Origin: Gammaproteobacteria bacterium
Lineage (GTDB): Bacteria; Pseudomonadota; Gammaproteobacteria; Eutrophobiales; Eutrophobiaceae
Direction: 5' to 3'
NCBI GenBank assembly: GCA_965238225.1
Contig: OZ250183.1
Span: forward strand, 256,001-320,000
Length of the DNA: 64,000 nucleotides
The translations under genes and the position numbers were made by a program. A model generated the notes under the pieces. It was not told where the DNA came from. It saw only the letters and a list, made by a program, of their open reading frames with translations, and made no database searches. How positions within the stretch are numbered: position 1 is the first letter of the stretch; each line of letters starts with the position of its first letter. Shown one piece after another: positions 61,303 through 64,000 of this stretch.

Positions 61303-62865
61303 ATGGGCAACGAAGACCAAAAAAAATTAGAGCAGAAGCTCTGGGATATTGCCAACGAGTTGCGCGGCAAGATGGATGCGGATGAGTTTAAGAGTTACAT
61401 CCTTGGCTTTATCTTTTACAAGTACTTGTCTGAAAAGATGGCGAGCTATGCCAGCAAGCTATTAGTTGAAGATGGTATTGGTTATTTATCACTTGATGAA
61501 GACAGTAGCAAAGGCGCTAAGTATCTTGATGCGATTAAAGAAGAAGCCATCGATAAACTGGGTTATTTCTTAAAGCCGTCTGAGCTGTTCAGTGAGGTGG
61601 TCTCGCGGGGTAATGGTGATAGCAATAACTTTATCCTTGAAGACTTGAGCGCCATCCTGCGCAATATTGAGCAAAGTACAATGGGTTATGAGTCTGAAGA
61701 TGATTTTGGTCATTTGTTTGAAGACTTAGATTTAACCTCCACCAAACTGGGCAGAACTGAAGCGGCTAAAAATACGCTGATTGCCAAGGTGTTATCCCAC
61801 TTAGACCAAATTAACTTTGCCCTTGAAACAAAAGAATCTGATGTATTGGGTGATGCCTATGAATATCTGATTGGGCAGTTTGCTGCCAGTGCCGGTAAGA
61901 AAGCTGGTGAGTTCTATACCCCTCAACAAGTATCTAAAATTCTCGCTAAGATTGTTACCAATGGCAAGCGCAAACTTGAAAGCGTGTACGACCCAACCTG
62001 TGGTTCAGGTTCTCTACTTTTGCGCGTGGCTAAAGAAGTCGATGATGTGTCGAATTTCTGTGGTCAGGAGCTAAACCGCACGACTTATAACCTTGCTCGG
62101 ATGAATATGATTCTTCACGATGTTCATTATCGTAAGTTTGATATTAAGCAAGAAGACACTTTAGAACAGCCACAGCATATTGATGAGCGCTTTGAGGCAG
62201 TGGTTGCCAATCCACCATTTAGTGCCCACTGGAGTGCCAACCCACTGCATATGAGTGATGATAGATTTTCTCAGTATGGCAAATTAGCCCCTAAGACTAA
62301 GGCAGATTTTGCCTTTGTTCAGCATATGGTCTATCAGCTGGATGAAAATGGCACAATGGCGATTGTATTACCTCACGGTGTGTTATTCCGTGGCGGGGCT
62401 GAAGGGCATATTCGCAAATACTTGATTGAAGATAAGAACTATCTGGATGCGGTGATTGGTTTGCCTGCTAATATCTTTTATGGCACAAGCATCCCAACTT
62501 GTATTTTGGTGTTTAAAAAATGTCGTGAAGACAGCAGTAATATTTTATTCATTGATGCCTCTAAAGAATTTGACAAGATTAAAGCGCAGAATTATTTGAC
62601 TGATGAGAATATTGCCAAGATTATTAATACCTTTAAGAGTCGTGAAGCAATAGATAAATATTCCTACCTTGCCGCGCTTAATGAAGTCAAAGAAAACGAC
62701 TACAACCTTAACATTCCAAGATATGTTGACACCTTTGAGGAAGAAGAACCTGTTGATTTGGATGCAGTATCAGCCGAACTTAAAGCAATTGATACGCAGA
62801 TGCTTGAGACTGATAACACTATTGCTAAATTTTGTGATGAATTGGGCATCGCTAAACCGTTTTAG
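61303..62865 (+). CDS. hsdM: Type I restriction-modification methyltransferase subunit M
   Basis: LW.IA..LRG, GEFYTP, DPTCGSG, NPPF, LPHGVLFRG, YNLNIPRY. Confidence 0.97.
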   Translation: MGNEDQKKLEQKLWDIANELRGKMDADEFKSYILGFIFYKYLSEKMASYASKLLVEDGIGYLSLDEDSSKGAKYLDAIKEEAIDKLGYFLKPSELFSEVVSRGNGDSNNFILEDLSAILRNIEQSTMGYESEDDFGHLFEDLDLTSTKLGRTEAAKNTLIAKVLSHLDQINFALETKESDVLGDAYEYLIGQFAASAGKKAGEFYTPQQVSKILAKIVTNGKRKLESVYDPTCGSGSLLLRVAKEVDDVSNFCGQELNRTTYNLARMNMILHDVHYRKFDIKQEDTLEQPQHIDERFEAVVANPPFSAHWSANPLHMSDDRFSQYGKLAPKTKADFAFVQHMVYQLDENGTMAIVLPHGVLFRGGAEGHIRKYLIEDKNYLDAVIGLPANIFYGTSIPTCILVFKKCREDSSNILFIDASKEFDKIKAQNYLTDENIAKIINTFKSREAIDKYSYLAALNEVKENDYNLNIPRYVDTFEEEEPVDLDAVSAELKAIDTQMLETDNTIAKFCDELGIAKPF

Positions 62866-62874
62866 GATGTTGAG

Positions 62875-64000
62875 ATGAGTGAAACGGTACACATTCCACA
62901 GTTAAGATTTCCTGAGTTTAGTGGTGAGTGGGAAGAGAAAAGTTGGGTGATCGTTGGTCAACATTGTAGAAAGTTAAAAAACCAATAACATCTGAATAGA
63001 ATATTCCGATTTAAGTAGGAGACATATCCTAAGATTTACTGATGCAATAGAAATGGACTCAGAGTTTACACAATGATACTTTAAAATAAATAGCAAAATT
63101 TCCAATTAAGGCAAAATGCTTTATTTGGCTTTAAGCTCAATTGGAAGACTGTGCCGTAATCACTGAAGAGTTCGCCAATCAAATTTTCAAGCTCCAATTT
63201 AGTTTCAATGATACAGATTTTTGACTGAACTTAATTTTAGTATTAAAAACAACCTAAATTGATCTACAAAGAAAACATCAATTACTACTGGTAATATCAG
63301 TTAACAAATTTTCAAGATTTAAAATTCAAATTATTCCAATCCAAACCAGAACAACAAAAAATAGCAGCATTCCTAACCGCAGTTGATAACAAAATCGAGC
63401 AATTAAGTAAAAAGAAAAAACATTTGCTTAAGTATAAAAAAGGCTTAATGCAACAAATCTTTAGTCAAGCCATTCGCTTTCACCCCAAGGGTATTTCCTC
63501 GCAGCACTCAGGGCACCGCGATGATGGTAGTAATTTTCCTGATTGGGAAGAGAAGAAGTTGGGAGGTGTTGGTCAGATTGTTACTGGAGGAAAACTCCAA
63601 AGTAGAATAGAACAATCCATATTATGGAATGGGAATATTCAAAGTTCAAGTTTACTCCTACAGAGATATTTTGAAAAGCGCTATATCAAGTCAATAGTAA
63701 AAGAACAATTACTAATGAAATTTTGGATTAATATCATCCGCAAATTGTTGCCAATTGGCAGTATTGCTTTTTTCAAGCAGGGCTAGGAAAGTTTATTAGT
63801 CTGGAATAGCGGTTCAACAATGTTCAATTTCAACCAAATTAACTCAATTATTGTTAATGATGATTTTAATAATGAATTTTTTACAATTAAGCTAATTTTA
63901 AACTGACTCCCTAATTAAATTTACACAGGTAATCAGGGTTACCAATAATAAATAAAGACTGAAATCAAGAAAATTAAAATACACTGCCCAGCTTTAGAAG
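62875..64000 (+). pseudogene. hsdS: Type I RM specificity subunit S, multiply frameshifted, runs past the window end
   Basis: PQLRFPEFSGEWEEK start, intact central EQQKIA.FL..VD.KI...KKGLMQQIF and DWEEKKLG; both TRDs broken by indels and stops. Confidence 0.85.

Overview
Chromosomal segment of a low-GC (roughly 40%) Gammaproteobacterium, mostly housekeeping genes: an LPS/envelope glycosyltransferase cluster, ilvE, tatABC-hisEIFA, polA, mgtE, the kdsD-kdsC-lptCAB-rpoN-ptsN-hprK-EIIA-ptsH-ptsI operon, amgK-murU, deaD, and the fmdB-like-aspS-nadA-yebC-ruvCAB-ybgC-tolQRAB-pal-cpoB-queE-queC block, plus tRNA-Lys(UUU). There are three accessory insertions. (1) A cdiB-cdiA-cdiI contact-dependent-inhibition locus with a short CdiA and a probable NADase-type toxin, next to a histidine kinase/receiver/diguanylate cyclase trio (about 28.3-40.3 kb). 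(2) A tight five-gene operon on the opposite strand between yebC and nadA (DUF547-like exported protein, ferritin-like di-iron protein, TIGR04283-type GT2, radical SAM with an auxiliary Cys cluster, exported START/SRPBCC protein); this is the best candidate for an undescribed biosynthetic or envelope-modification system. (3) A type I restriction-modification locus right after tRNA-Lys. Gene decay is visible: hpf and rapZ survive only as small internally deleted remnants, and pyrE, cdiI and hsdS are frameshifted (some of these indels may be assembly artefacts). A 70-bp IS1016-like MITE is present, and gene order suggests an ~18-kb inversion. No rRNA, CRISPR array, integrase or transposase gene was seen. 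All product calls come from motif recognition by eye, not from database searches.
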